A DNA stretch of 64,000 nt from sequence record OQ708376.1; one strand, 5' to 3'. A model generated the notes under the pieces. It was not told the DNA's origin and searched no databases. It saw only the letters and a list, made by a program, of their open reading frames with translations. This document shows positions 41,655-52,728 of this stretch, in pieces (position 1 is the stretch's first letter; each line of letters starts with the position of its first letter). The position numbers were made by a program, and so were the translations under genes.

Positions 41655-43585
41655 AGAATTCTACATAAAAGAACTACCAAAGTTTCTACAAGGAAATCTA
41701 TTAGAAGATGAACCTCGCGGTATTGACTGTATATATGAAGCTGATTACTTCCGTACATGTACTGAACAAGTACTTAATGAAGAAGCTAATGAAAACAATT
41801 ATCAAGTACAACTGTACCACACCCTGTACCTTGCGTTCCAGTACTAAGGATAATATATGTATAAAGAATACTACATAGAGAAACTCCCAATGTATCTCCA
41901 ACACCTTGTACCAAACGTTGCATTGGGTATAGAAAAAAACTACGAAAAAGACTACTTCATTCAGTGCACTAAATCCTCGATATATATTGAAGACTATAAT
42001 CGAGTACTGTATCATATCCTTTTACTAATATATAGGTACTAATATGCACAAAGAATACTACACACAATTTCTCCCCAGCATTTTTGAACACTACGCCAGA
42101 TATAAAGTCCCTATGGATAACGATTTGGCAGTACTGGGATTCAATAACTGCATAGAACGAAGTATAGAAAATAGTAGTAGTTATGACCAGCTATATAACA
42201 CTATCCTACTTATATTCAGGTACTAACATGCATAAAGAATACTACACAAAACATTTCCCAATGTACCTCAGAACTAATCTATTAGATAAACCTCGCGGTA
42301 TCAATGCACAAAACGATAAAGTGTACTTTACTATGTGCACTAAAGCATGTATACTAGATTTTGACAGCTATCATCGAGTACTGTATCATACCCTGTACCT
42401 AGCTTTCGTATTCTAAGAGAACAATATGCATAAAGAATTCTACTTAAGCCATCTCGATCTAAACTCCCAAATGCTTATACCACAAATCCCAATAGATATC
42501 AAGGATAAGAAAAATACCGAACAATTCATTTACCATACACAGTGTGCGATCACCCCAAATTACATTCCATATGAATTGTACTACATTCTCGCCCTAATAT
42601 ATAGGTACTAATATGCATAGAGAATACTACACACAATTTGTTAAAGGGAACTACAAACATGCCGTACCCAGAACCCCTTTAAATTTTCATGACCCAAGTA
42701 CTATATTCTTGTTCCATGACGCAATACGTACAGTACTCAATACTAAAGATGAAGATGTGCAGTACGTATTCTTACTATTACTTATATACAGACACTAACT
42801 AATATGAATAAAGAACATAAAGAATTCTACTCCAAATACATAAGCCCCTCAGAACAAATGTTTCTAAGGACTACTCCACCTTTAAGTACTAATACATTTT
42901 TCGGCAGAGTATGCTACAATAATTGTATTCAAATGACTTTAAACGCAAACGAAGATGGTAACAGTACTAACCTGTACTCAGGTATCATAGGTATACTATT
43001 CCTGTATGAATAATTACAAAGACTTCTATTTGAATACACTACCTACTGTACTTTCTCTAAGTGCTCAATGTAAAATCCCGCTGGATAATGCTTACGCCAG
43101 ATATAGCTATTCCATAACTGTTAATCGATGTATAGAGAATCATTGCAGTACTAACCAGTACTATAACATAATCCTACTTATATTCAGGTACTAATATGAA
43201 TAAAGAACATAAAGAATTCTATATACGAAAACTAACATTCGTCCCCGTAAGAATATATAAAGAATGCGACCCAAGATTATACCTATGGCACTTCAATGAG
43301 TGCATAAAAGATTCTATATACCCTAAGAACTACAAAGAACAATTGTGCTCAGTACTAACACTAGTACTATCATATTAATTAATAGAGAATACTATGTATA
43401 AAAACTTCTATATAAGTAAACTAAAAGAAAATGAACAAGTATGGATTAGATCTATAATAGTACTGGCATTTAATAGATATGCATTTAACAGATGTACCGA
43501 GATTGCTATAGACCCTTATAATATTAAAGAGAATGTACAGTATAATCAGTACTACTATATCTTAATGCTTATATATAGGAAGTAA
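41647..43585 (+). CDS. ten tandem ~60-69-aa paralogs (41647..41847, 41857..42042, 42044..42226, 42228..42416, 42426..42611, 42613..42798, 42804..43013, 43006..43194, 43196..43378, 43394..43585)
   Basis: M(Y/H)KE(Y/F)Y...LP...F..C(I/T)...I...Y..LY..LLLI(Y/F)RY; recurring junction AGGTACTAATATG. Confidence 0.8.
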
Positions 43586-44611
43586 TTAAACACAAGTAGA
43601 CAGGGGAAGCTCCTAGTGAACAACCTTTATGTACAGGCGAATTGTTAAAATTCAGCCTGGACAAATGCGATCACTAGGATTCTCCCCAGGCTAAACCCCG
43701 TAATCATAGGTAGTCATAAGTAATCATATATAAACATTTATATGAGCACCGTAGAATCACAGAATGATTATATATGATTCAGTACTGATTAGTATAGACA
43801 AGAATTCTCAAGAATGCACGGGAAGGATTCAGTACTGATATGCCACTAAGTAGGCAGAGGAAGTCTGCCGTACTTTGTAGTTTCCAAGCTCCTTTTCCAT
43901 TTTTCAAATTACATCAAATGTAATCAAAAGTAATCACGCAATGATTAGTACTGAATTATTACTTTCACCTTAATTACAATTACCCTTTTACCCTTCGGGG
44001 TAAAATTCAATTACCCCTTGAGGCTCCAGCAAAAAGTTGGTTAGTACTCCATCCTAAATCTCGATCCTAAAAATTTTGGAGTACCTATGAAATAAAAGTT
44101 GGATCTTCGAAAGTTGAAATTTACGTTGGGACGTTTATGATTTGTGGGATATAATGATGTTTGTAGACGGGTAGTTCTCAAGAATATCAGTACTGAAAGA
44201 TGAAAGAAAGTTATTGACTTTATGATTCAGTACTGTATAATGTTCTACATAGGGTGATGAGTTGCTGCGAACAATTCATTTACTCTACCTCCTGTCGTGA
44301 GACAGTACAGAAAAGATAGTTCCTCCTGTGGTGGTACATCTTTTTGAACCTCATATGAAAATCGTAATAACAGTACTGATATTAACAGAATGGTGTCAGT
44401 ACTGATTTTAATCTAAAGCATTATGCCACCAGCACAAGCTGGTGGATTCCCTCTAACAGTATTCAGTACTACATGATGGTCTTCATCCTCCTAGGGTAAC
44501 ATAGTGAGGGCTATGATGGCAGTACTGAATACTCCCTTTCAAAAGATAGATCTATGGTATAGTACTGACGGATTTTGGGCGTAGTTACCCTGGATGGATT
44601 TTGGGCGTAGA

Positions 44612-44755
44612 TATGTCTAGCCCTCCAGAAGTCTGGAAGTAAAGATGGCTATCCATCTAGACGGCTAAACGGCTAGATTTCTGGATGGCTGGATGGCTAG
44701 ACGTTTGGACGGCTAAACGGCTAGATGGTTACACGTCTGGAAGTATAGACGGCTA
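44612..44755 (+). repeat. phased degenerate 8-bp tandem array, consensus GAYGGCTA, 18 units
   Basis: Near-consensus units at 44644, 44660, 44668, 44684, 44692, 44708, 44716, 44724, 44748, all in the same 8-bp register. Confidence 0.85.
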
Positions 44756-45384
44756 AATCAAAATTTTATTTTGTTTTTTCCAATAGTTCCCCTACCGCGT
44801 GGGGATAGTTTCCCCGCAGTATCTGGTGTTAGATTTTTCTGAATCTGGAATCATTATCTTATAAACTGGGGGCAATGTCAACGGCCTGGCCGGATATTTT
44901 TAAAAATTTTTTCAGTACTGAATTTTGGGCGTAACTATGCACCCGGTGGGCTTGAGTCTTTCTCGACTTGATGGAACTATTATACAGTACTGGAAAAATA
45001 AAGCAATACCCTGGAAGCAAAAAAGTTTTAATTAATTTGCTTGCTATCCTGGGCCGGACTATGGTACTATATTTCAGTACTGAGAAAGTGCGTTTACCTG
45101 CTAGGGTGCGGGAGTGTATCCTTTTTTTATATCTTGAATTTTGGACGGATCTTCCCACCCCCTGGGGTATCCGCTTTCTCGCGTCTATGTAGTAATTATA
45201 CGCTTTTTCAGGATCAAGTCAATACCTAAAAACAAAATAATTGAAAATAATTTAACGCGTTTAAACGGCCTGTAAAGCCCTGGAATGATTGGAATGGTGC
45301 AAATGTATAGCTTATGTGTATTAATGCGTTAGAATGCGTCTGAGGACGTTTTACGGGGTATAGGGATGATTTAGTGGATTGATT

Positions 45385-45471
45385 CAGTACTGAATAATAG
45401 TACTCCTATATAGAAAGATAGTTCCCCTGGATGATTGCAGTACTGAATAATAGTACTCCTATATAGAAAGA
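45385..45471 (+). repeat. 34-bp exact direct repeat, two copies
   Basis: CAGTACTGAATAATAGTACTCCTATATAGAAAGA at 45385..45418 and 45438..45471. Confidence 0.9.
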
Positions 45472-45585
45472 AAACTATTTTAAAAGTATTTGTAGAAAGT
45501 ACTTGCACCGTACTGATAAAAGCGTATAATGTTTTACATCGAGAGCGGGAACACTTCCCGCTACACATTAAGAGAGATTAAAACG

Positions 45586-45948
45586 ATGGCGACTCAAATC
45601 AATAAAATCATGCTTAACCTGGTAAACTTCCGCGATGAGATGAAAGGTCTTCCGGCTGAAACTGTAAAAATTCACATTGCAGCTTATCGGGAACTTATTG
45701 CAATGTTGCCGCTTAAGCGTGAACAATACGCCGCTACTTTGATGCTGGATTCAATGATCCATATAATGATCTCAAATGATTTGACGATGGTTTATCAGTA
45801 TATGGGCGAAAATTTCGCGGTGTGTAGTAAGCCAGTACCAGGGATGGCAACAACTGAGGAATTGCACGGCTTAAACTTAAAACAAGATGCATGGGATAAT
45901 ATGCCTCGTTTCCTGGTATGGGCTGACAGTGGCAAAATTTACAAATAA
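45586..45948 (+). CDS. early hypothetical protein
   Basis: Start re-called downstream of the promoter hairpin and RBS. Confidence 0.75.
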   Translation: MATQINKIMLNLVNFRDEMKGLPAETVKIHIAAYRELIAMLPLKREQYAATLMLDSMIHIMISNDLTMVYQYMGENFAVCSKPVPGMATTEELHGLNLKQDAWDNMPRFLVWADSGKIYK

Positions 45949-46041
45949 GTTTAATAAAGTACTTGCAAACTATGTTTAATGGCGTATAATGTTTTACATC
46001 AGGTGGGGAATAGTTCCCCACTATATAAGAGGATTAAAAAA

Positions 46042-46281
46042 ATGGCTAAATCAAAAATGTTCTTAGGTCACAAAAACAAAACTCATTGGAATGTAAGCCT
46101 TTGGATTAATAACGATGAGGGATTGTATCGGTTGGCCCAGGACTTTATTAACGATAGCACTAATCGCAATGATGCGGCCCGTCATATGATGTTATTTTTA
46201 GAACAGACTGGACAAGATAAAACACCGGACGGATTCAAATATAGCACTACTGCGATCCGTGCGGCGATGGTTGGAATGTAA
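46042..46281 (+). CDS. early hypothetical protein
   Basis: GAGGA RBS; WNVSLWINNDEGLY motif. Confidence 0.75.
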   Translation: MAKSKMFLGHKNKTHWNVSLWINNDEGLYRLAQDFINDSTNRNDAARHMMLFLEQTGQDKTPDGFKYSTTAIRAAMVGM

Positions 46282-46367
46282 TAGAATTTATTTAAAGTAC
46301 TATCATTTTTTTGCGATAGTACTTTATAATAGTGTTTTATTCATACACCAACGATAAGGGCAACAGC

Positions 46368-46634
46368 ATGAAAATTAAGTATTTTGCGACGCGTGAACAA
46401 GCTCGGATCGCCGCACGCCAGGACGGGGCAACGTTTAAAGATATGGGCGTACAATCGGAACGTGGTAAACGTTGGGCCATTGTAAAGCGTAGTACCGCCA
46501 GATCATTACAGTACTGGTTAGCGGCCTTAAAAAGTCCCGATAGTGTATCGCGTCGAGTGGTAGAAATAAAGCTCGACCGAAAGGGCAACCGCGTGACCGT
46601 GTACCGTACTAAAAAGATTGCAGTACTTGAATAA
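46368..46634 (+). CDS. basic early protein, paralog of 58345..58740
   Basis: K(Y/F)(F/Y)ATRE.AR..AR..GA.FKDMG and DRKGNRVTVY shared. Confidence 0.75.
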   Translation: MKIKYFATREQARIAARQDGATFKDMGVQSERGKRWAIVKRSTARSLQYWLAALKSPDSVSRRVVEIKLDRKGNRVTVYRTKKIAVLE

Positions 46635-46715
46635 AAAGTACTTGCAAACTATGTTTAATGGCGTATAATGTTTTACATCGAGAGCGGGAACTCTTCCCGC
46701 CTATAACCTGGAGTA

Positions 46716-46952
46716 ATGAAAATGACTAATATGTATATGACTGAAGTTAAAACCGTAAAAGATACTACCACGAATAAAACTACTTACTTACAGCGGATCT
46801 GTGGTGTATGGCAACGTATCAGCAAATCAAAGTACTTTAAATTAACATCATATGCAAACCGTTCGGATTCATTCAGTACTGAAATAAAAGGTAATAAAGT
46901 ACACCAATACGGCACTTATTATTATTATAGCCTGGACGCGATTGCAGTATAA
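46716..46952 (+). CDS. early hypothetical protein
   Basis: Own promoter, GGAG RBS. Confidence 0.7.
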   Translation: MKMTNMYMTEVKTVKDTTTNKTTYLQRICGVWQRISKSKYFKLTSYANRSDSFSTEIKGNKVHQYGTYYYYSLDAIAV

Positions 46953-47020
46953 GCAGTTTACAAATCTTTACAATTGCCGGTATTGACTTATTTTGTCAGT
47001 ACTGGCATAATGTATTCATT

Positions 47021-47125
47021 GGCAGATAAGCCGTAGCCCATAGGGTGCGGGAGTGTATCTATAGAAAAATTAGTTTAGTATAGTTACAATTGTGCACCCG
47101 GTGGGTTAGCTGTTGTCATGGGGTA
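47021..47125. ncRNA. convergent pair of promoter-driven mini-RNAs (CCC-N3-GGG-TGC family)
   Basis: + promoter near 46984 and - promoter near 47153 face each other with no ORF between; 11 family copies in total. Confidence 0.5.
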
Positions 47126-47237
47126 TATTATACCAGTACTTGATAATGCTGTCAATACTTTTTTTTTACTATTCAGTACTGAAAACTATTTTTAAAAAGT
47201 ACTTGCAAACTATGTTTAAAGGCGTATAATGTTTTAC

Positions 47238-47312
47238 ATCAGGACGGGGAACGAAATAAGTAACTTCCCGTTAAGTAGCCCAGGAGTAAGGCACACGAAA
47301 AACTCCCCTGAT
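47238..47312 (+). ncRNA. candidate ~75-nt structured RNA, copy A (B 57150..57222, C 49793..49865)
   Basis: Starts at the promoter TSS; closing stem ATCAGG/CCTGAT, two inner hairpins, TAAGTAG linker, covariation among copies. Confidence 0.55.
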
Positions 47313-47380
47313 AAAATAGTTTGACAAATGTTTTTAAAAGCGTATAATACTTACATCAACTACTGAATGAGGGTTACAAA

Positions 47381-47992
47381 ATGAAAACTATCACTACTAC
47401 TACTTATGTTATGGCTTTTTCTGAATTGAACGCAGAACAACAAACGTCAGCTATCGAACTGGTTCGGGAACGTGAAAAAAACTCAAACGACAATTATTTT
47501 TCTGAAAGTGAAATTGAATACTATAAAGAAACAGTACTACCGGAATATGGCATTAATGACGCTGAAATACAATTCAGTGGTTTTTGGTCCCAGGGTGACG
47601 GTGCATCAATCAGTACTGACCACGTTGACGCAGTGAAGTTTTTACGCAAGGTAAGAGCATTAACTAAGTATCGCTCAATCCGTCACTTGCTGAATGAAGA
47701 TGATTTGGCGATGAGTGTAAAACGTTCGCACTCCCACTACTCGCATGAGAATACTGTAAGCGGGTACATTGAATCGGCTTACACTGATTTAACCGCAAAA
47801 CAAGAAACGTTAGTTAATGAGCTTGAGGAACTACTCACTGAAACTATTCGTGAATTGTCCCGCAAGTTGTACCGTGATTTAGAGAATGCATATGAGGATC
47901 AATTCACTACTGAAAACATTACGGCACTGATTGAGGGTAACGAATATCAATTCAATGTTATTGATGGCGTAGTAGAATCAATCGAATATTAA
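47381..47992 (+). CDS. acidic early protein with FSGFWSQGDGA motif
   Basis: GAGG RBS, own promoter, 203 aa. Confidence 0.8.
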   Translation: MKTITTTTYVMAFSELNAEQQTSAIELVREREKNSNDNYFSESEIEYYKETVLPEYGINDAEIQFSGFWSQGDGASISTDHVDAVKFLRKVRALTKYRSIRHLLNEDDLAMSVKRSHSHYSHENTVSGYIESAYTDLTAKQETLVNELEELLTETIRELSRKLYRDLENAYEDQFTTENITALIEGNEYQFNVIDGVVESIEY

Positions 47993-48084
47993 TTTAAAAA
48001 GTACTTGCAAACTAAGTTTAAAAGCGTATAATACTTTATATCGAGAGCGGGAATAGTTCCCGCTACTAATGAGGAATACTACAA

Positions 48085-49675
48085 ATGAATACTTTTACCT
48101 TCGCTCAATTGAACGCCCTGGATGTATTGTCTGATGCTTTGCGGGATGCAACTGAAAGCGGTTTATTTGACAATGTTGACATTCACCCTGATGTAATTAA
48201 TAATTTTTGTGATGCTATCGCAGAAGTACTGGAAGATCTAAAAAAATAATAGAAAGTACTTGCAATTAGTTTTCAGTACTGTATAATGGTTTACATCAAA
48301 GGGAGAAATGGTTCTCCCTGGTAATGAGGAAAATACAATGGCTAATATCACTACTCTTTCCCAACTGGAAGCACTGGTTAAATCTATGCGGGAACATGCT
48401 GACAAAATCGGCGTACAAGATCCAGCCGTTTGCTTCTGCGACGAATTGAATGATGATACCCTGGTAATAGCAGAAGTCCAGGACGTTTCTAACTATTCCT
48501 CGCGTTACACTGGCGGCGTAGCAAATAAAGGTGACTTCTGTTTATACCTTACAAAATAACAACGCGGGGAGATAATAACTCCCCGTTACTTTTTCAGTAC
48601 TGAATCATTTAATAGACGGATCTCGGCACCCGGTGGGTTAGTGACTGTTTCGTCTTGATGTAGTAATTATGCCAGTACTGGATGCACTTGTCAACAATTA
48701 TTTTCCAAATACTTTTTATTAAAATACTTGCAATTAGTTTTTAAACGCGTATAATGTTTTGCATAGGGGGAGCGGTTCCCCTGGTAACTAAGGAATAATA
48801 AAATGCTTGAACAAATCAAATCAACGTCTTCGAATGTAACGGGAACGGTAGCACACTTTACTAGTGATGAATCGCGGGGCGTTCCCTATTGTGCTGTACA
48901 TGTAAACACTGAGGGTAACTACTGGTTTACGGTTTACGGATCATATTCATTTGGACGGCCTGGACATCAAAAAATTCTGGATAAAGTACAACCAACGGGT
49001 AAAAATATCACTGCCGAAATGTTTTATAAAAAATCATAAAGTACTTGCAATTAGTTTTTAGTACTGTATAATATTTTACATCGCAAGGGGAAACGGTTTC
49101 CCCTGGTAACTAAGGATAATCAAATGAAAATTGCAATCATCGCCCTGGCTTTATCTGTTTCCTCTTTCGCTGTTAATGCGTCATTAGATGTAAGTAGTGA
49201 AAAATTCATTCAGTGCACTGTTGCAATGACCGATGAAAGAACTGGCGAGATTGTATTAAAGGATTTAGAGATCCAGCCGGAAGCATTTAAAAACGGCCCG
49301 TTCCATGAAGAAGACGAAAACGGTAGCACGACAATTTATTATGATGCCAGTACTAAACGCGGTTCGGTCACTGTAATGGATACCGAGAAAGTAACTCATA
49401 CCGGCGTTATTAATTGCCGTTGATAGATACTACGGGGTAACATCATGACTAAGCGAATTGTTTTACTTAACGAAAGCAGTACTACACAACTACTTAACGC
49501 CGTGCATTATGATATTGAAACGAGCGTTAATCTTATCAGTACTGTAGTTCTGTTGGACACTGGAAAGGTAGCCAATGATAAAGCGATTGCAGGTATACTA
49601 ACGGATCTTGTGCCTGGTAGCAGTGCACCAATAACGTTAAATGGTAAAGTGTTTAATATTTTACTCACTGATTAA
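48085..49675 (+). CDS. five early genes (48085..48249, 48338..48559, 48803..49039, 49124..49423 with signal peptide, 49445..49675)
   Basis: Most have their own promoter-hairpin-RBS; terminator AGCCCACC-T-GGTGGGCT-T run at 49682. Confidence 0.7.
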
Positions 49676-49908
49676 GTACATAGCCCACCTGGTGGGCTTT
49701 TTTGTTTTTGTAGTATCGTAGTACTGAGATACTTTGAAAATAGTTTTAAAAAAGTAGTTGACATTACCACAGAAAAGCGTAGAATGTATTACATCAAGAC
49801 GGGGAGCACTAAGTAGACCGCCAGTAAGTCGAACGAAAAACTGGACACGTCGAGAAAACTTTGATACACTAATAAACGTAAACTAAACTTTAATTGAGGA
49901 TTTATAAA

Positions 49909-50391
49909 ATGGCTAATGTAAAATCATTCATCAAAGCACTGGTAGCAAATGAAACTAACGTCGCGGCTGAGATCCTGGCTGAACTGGATAACGATACCAT
50001 GAAAGCGGTACGCAACAATTTTAACATTGCGTACAGTGAAGCTAAAGAACTGCAAGCCAAAAAGGTAGCAGAACTGGAAGAACAGAAAAAAGCCCGTGAA
50101 GCAGAACTACAAGCAACAATTGAAAGTATTCAGGCGGCAGTGTCTGGATTGGATCTGGAAGTGGTTGTAGAAATGGCACATAAAGCCCTGGCGGTTAAGT
50201 ACGGTGAAGATAAGCCGGAATCTAAACCTAAAAAATGGATTCAAGAACGTGTTACTGTAGTACTTGATAACGGTGAAGAACATTTGATTCCTGTACGCGG
50301 TAACTGCATTGCGGTAGTACTGGACGCTATCAAAGAAAGCGGTATGACTCGCGAGGAATGGATCGAAGCTCATCGCAAAGTTGAAGCATAA
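49909..50391 (+). CDS. H-NS-like protein with a degenerate DNA-binding motif
   Basis: N-terminal coiled coil, K/P linker, C-terminal DNGE...RG..AVV.DAI.E.G...EEW aligning by eye to H-NS ENGE...QGR.PAVI..AM.E.G...DDF. Confidence 0.5.
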   Translation: MANVKSFIKALVANETNVAAEILAELDNDTMKAVRNNFNIAYSEAKELQAKKVAELEEQKKAREAELQATIESIQAAVSGLDLEVVVEMAHKALAVKYGEDKPESKPKKWIQERVTVVLDNGEEHLIPVRGNCIAVVLDAIKESGMTREEWIEAHRKVEA

Positions 50392-50676
50392 CAATTAAAG
50401 TACTGAATCACTAGCCCACCTTAAACAGTGGGCTTTTTTGTGTCTGTAGTATTCCAGTCCACCAGCACCGCCTAGAATCGATTCTAACGCATTAAACTGA
50501 TTATCTGATACATCGCCCTAGCTGGTGGCGTTAAGGTCGTTAGAATGCGATTGAGAGCGTTTAAAGTATTTTGCAAAAAGTAATAAAAAGTACTTGCACG
50601 ATTAAGAGATTAGCGTATAATGTTTTACATCGAGAGGGGGAAACGGTTCTCCTTCCAAATCAAAGGAATCAAAACA

Positions 50677-51203
50677 ATGGCTATTATCATTACTCGCGTA
50701 TCTGGTACTACTGGCAACGAACAAGTAGTTGCAGTCATTACTAACAAGGCAGGTGCGGAATTGCAAAATGCAATGAATACCTGGGCCGTTAATGAGTTCG
50801 GTCAGTGGGCAAGTGTAGCATACATTGAAACCTATCAAGTGCCGTCGATTAGTTTAACTGATTTGGGCGTTGAGCGTATCCTTTGCCTGGATGAATTAAA
50901 TTAAAAAAAGTACTTGCAAAGTAAATCGAATAAAGTATAATACATTACATCAAGGGGAGAAATGATTCTCCCCACTACAAGGAAACTAAAATGGCTATCA
51001 TTACTAAAATCAAAGTTAACAAGACTATCGTTAAACTGGCAGAAGTGAAAGAAGGTTATAAAGTATCTTGGTGCGGTATGTATCGGACGTTCGCAGATAT
51101 AGATGATGCGATCAATTATTACAGTGACACGGTTAAAAACTTTGTTCGTGCTGATGTGGTTATGGCAGTGGCAACATATAAAGCAGCGAAAGAAAGTAAG
51201 TAA
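50677..51203 (+). CDS. two early hypothetical genes (50677..50904, 50991..51203)
   Basis: Own promoter cassettes and RBS. Confidence 0.7.
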
Positions 51204-51294
51204 AAATATTATCACAGTACTATTGACATAGTTTGATAGTACTGGCATAATAGATTTTATCAAGACGACACATATTAATTTAAGGAATACTAAA

Positions 51295-51618
51295 ATGGCT
51301 AAAACTATCATCAACACCGTTTCCCTGGCTGCAATCCATGCAATCAATGTTGACGGTAAACGTTGGACTGATTCATATGGCAATACTTATCATTCTTGTC
51401 ATGTAAGCGTTGAACTGGATAACGGCTTGAATGATCTGGCGGTTGAATCATTTACTTATGGCTATGAGGATGCATATCAACAAACGGCGGTATCACTCTT
51501 AAAGGAATCAGTAGACGGGCTTGATACTGTTGAAACCTCCCTCTATCGTTTGTGCAATGATCTTAATATCCCGTTGCATTGTACTGTACAGGATGTAAAA
51601 CGTAAAAAAGATCTTTAA
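51295..51618 (+). CDS. early protein, paralog of 57926..58249
   Basis: RWTD..GNTYHSC.VS...FTYGY...DVKRKKD shared. Confidence 0.8.
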   Translation: MAKTIINTVSLAAIHAINVDGKRWTDSYGNTYHSCHVSVELDNGLNDLAVESFTYGYEDAYQQTAVSLLKESVDGLDTVETSLYRLCNDLNIPLHCTVQDVKRKKDL

Positions 51619-51698
51619 TTAGCTTTACTTTATGCAGATACTTTGATATAGTGTCTGCATAGGGGAAAGAAATTAAATCAACTTAAGAGGAAAGTAAA

Positions 51699-52728
51699 AT
51701 GAAAAATATCAGTACTTTAATCGATGCAGGTACACATGTTCGTCGGTCTATGGTTGCAACCAGTTCTACAAAACAAGTAGCGAGCGGTTATCTTGTATTT
51801 GTGCACGATGGAAAACTCCTGGAACGTTCAATCAATTTTGATGTTAAAAACAATTGCCGTTTTATTATCTTTCGCCGTGAACAATATAAAATTGATTTGC
51901 CAGCGAAGCCCATTAGCGGGGCGTACAACGTGCAATCATTGTTTGAGCGTCAACCTTACACCTATTAATCAAAACATCGTTAGCGGTCGATTTAGGCCGC
52001 TTATATTGGGGATTATACCATGAACGTTAATCAAGTACTGAATGAGATCGAAAGCATCATTAAACCGATGAAGCGTACTGATGCTATGTTAACACCGGAA
52101 GAATGCCGCCTTTATGAGCGTTACAGCGTCGAACAAGTCCAGGCAATGGCTATGGCTACCCCAGCCGTTTCACCGCCTGAGAATGCGTTACAGGACGTTA
52201 CAGGGGATTATATCATTAATCCAGTACTAGGGAAGATGACTGCAATCACCGAAGATCAAAAAGACTACTTAAGCCAGTACTTAAAAGGTTAATTAATATG
52301 CTTACTGTACAGGATAAGATCGACATCTTAAAGGTTAATATGTATGTGATTGATGCCGTACCTGGTAAAGTATTTGCATACGATGATAGTACTGTAAGCG
52401 ATTTCTACTATAGCCAGGACGTGGGGGATCTTTCTGTACAGTCGGTTATTGAAAACGTAGTTAATGCAGCGTATGAGCATTTACTTTCAAATAGTACTTG
52501 CAATTAGTTTTTAAACGCGTATAATGTTTTACATGAAGGGGAGAAATGATTCTCCCCAATAACAGGAGAAACAAAATGAAACAATACAACGCTCGGTTTG
52601 ATGTTACTATCGGTAACGGCAAAGGTCAATTCTCTTTCAGTACTCGCCGCAGTTATACAGAAAACTTCCTGCGTAATTGTGCACTGACCGCCGCTCAAAT
52701 TAAACACTATTTTCAGGCTAAAAAATGA
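51699..52728 (+). CDS. four early hypothetical genes (51699..51968, 52020..52292, 52298..52507, 52576..52728)
   Basis: RBS and co-orientation. Confidence 0.65.

Noticed and set aside
28411-43585. Diversity-generating retroelement or integron as the source of the paralog arrays
   Set aside because: No reverse transcriptase, template/variable repeat pair, integrase or attC-like site was seen in this window
43851-43873. TAGGCAG...CTGCCGTAC contains both arms of the type I-F repeat
   Set aside because: The arms are in the wrong order and flanks do not match; probably chance given the GTAC enrichment
44786-44807. GTTCCCC-N8-GGGGATA resembles the type I-E CRISPR repeat hairpin (16 of 22 positions), suggesting a solitary-repeat anti-CRISPR RNA
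   Set aside because: The 3' handle (AAACCG) is absent, the nearest promoter (about 44877) transcribes the opposite strand, and it overlaps a GGGGA/TCCCC hairpin like the common leader hairpins
44859-45568. ORF-track entries across the 44.9-45.5 kb region
   Set aside because: They run through promoters and repeats, lack an RBS, and are better explained as non-coding
47238-47312. CCCG-TTAAGTAG and ATCAGG recall the pistol ribozyme
   Set aside because: No loop-to-downstream pseudoknot pairing or correct P2/P3 order was found; kept only as an unassigned RNA
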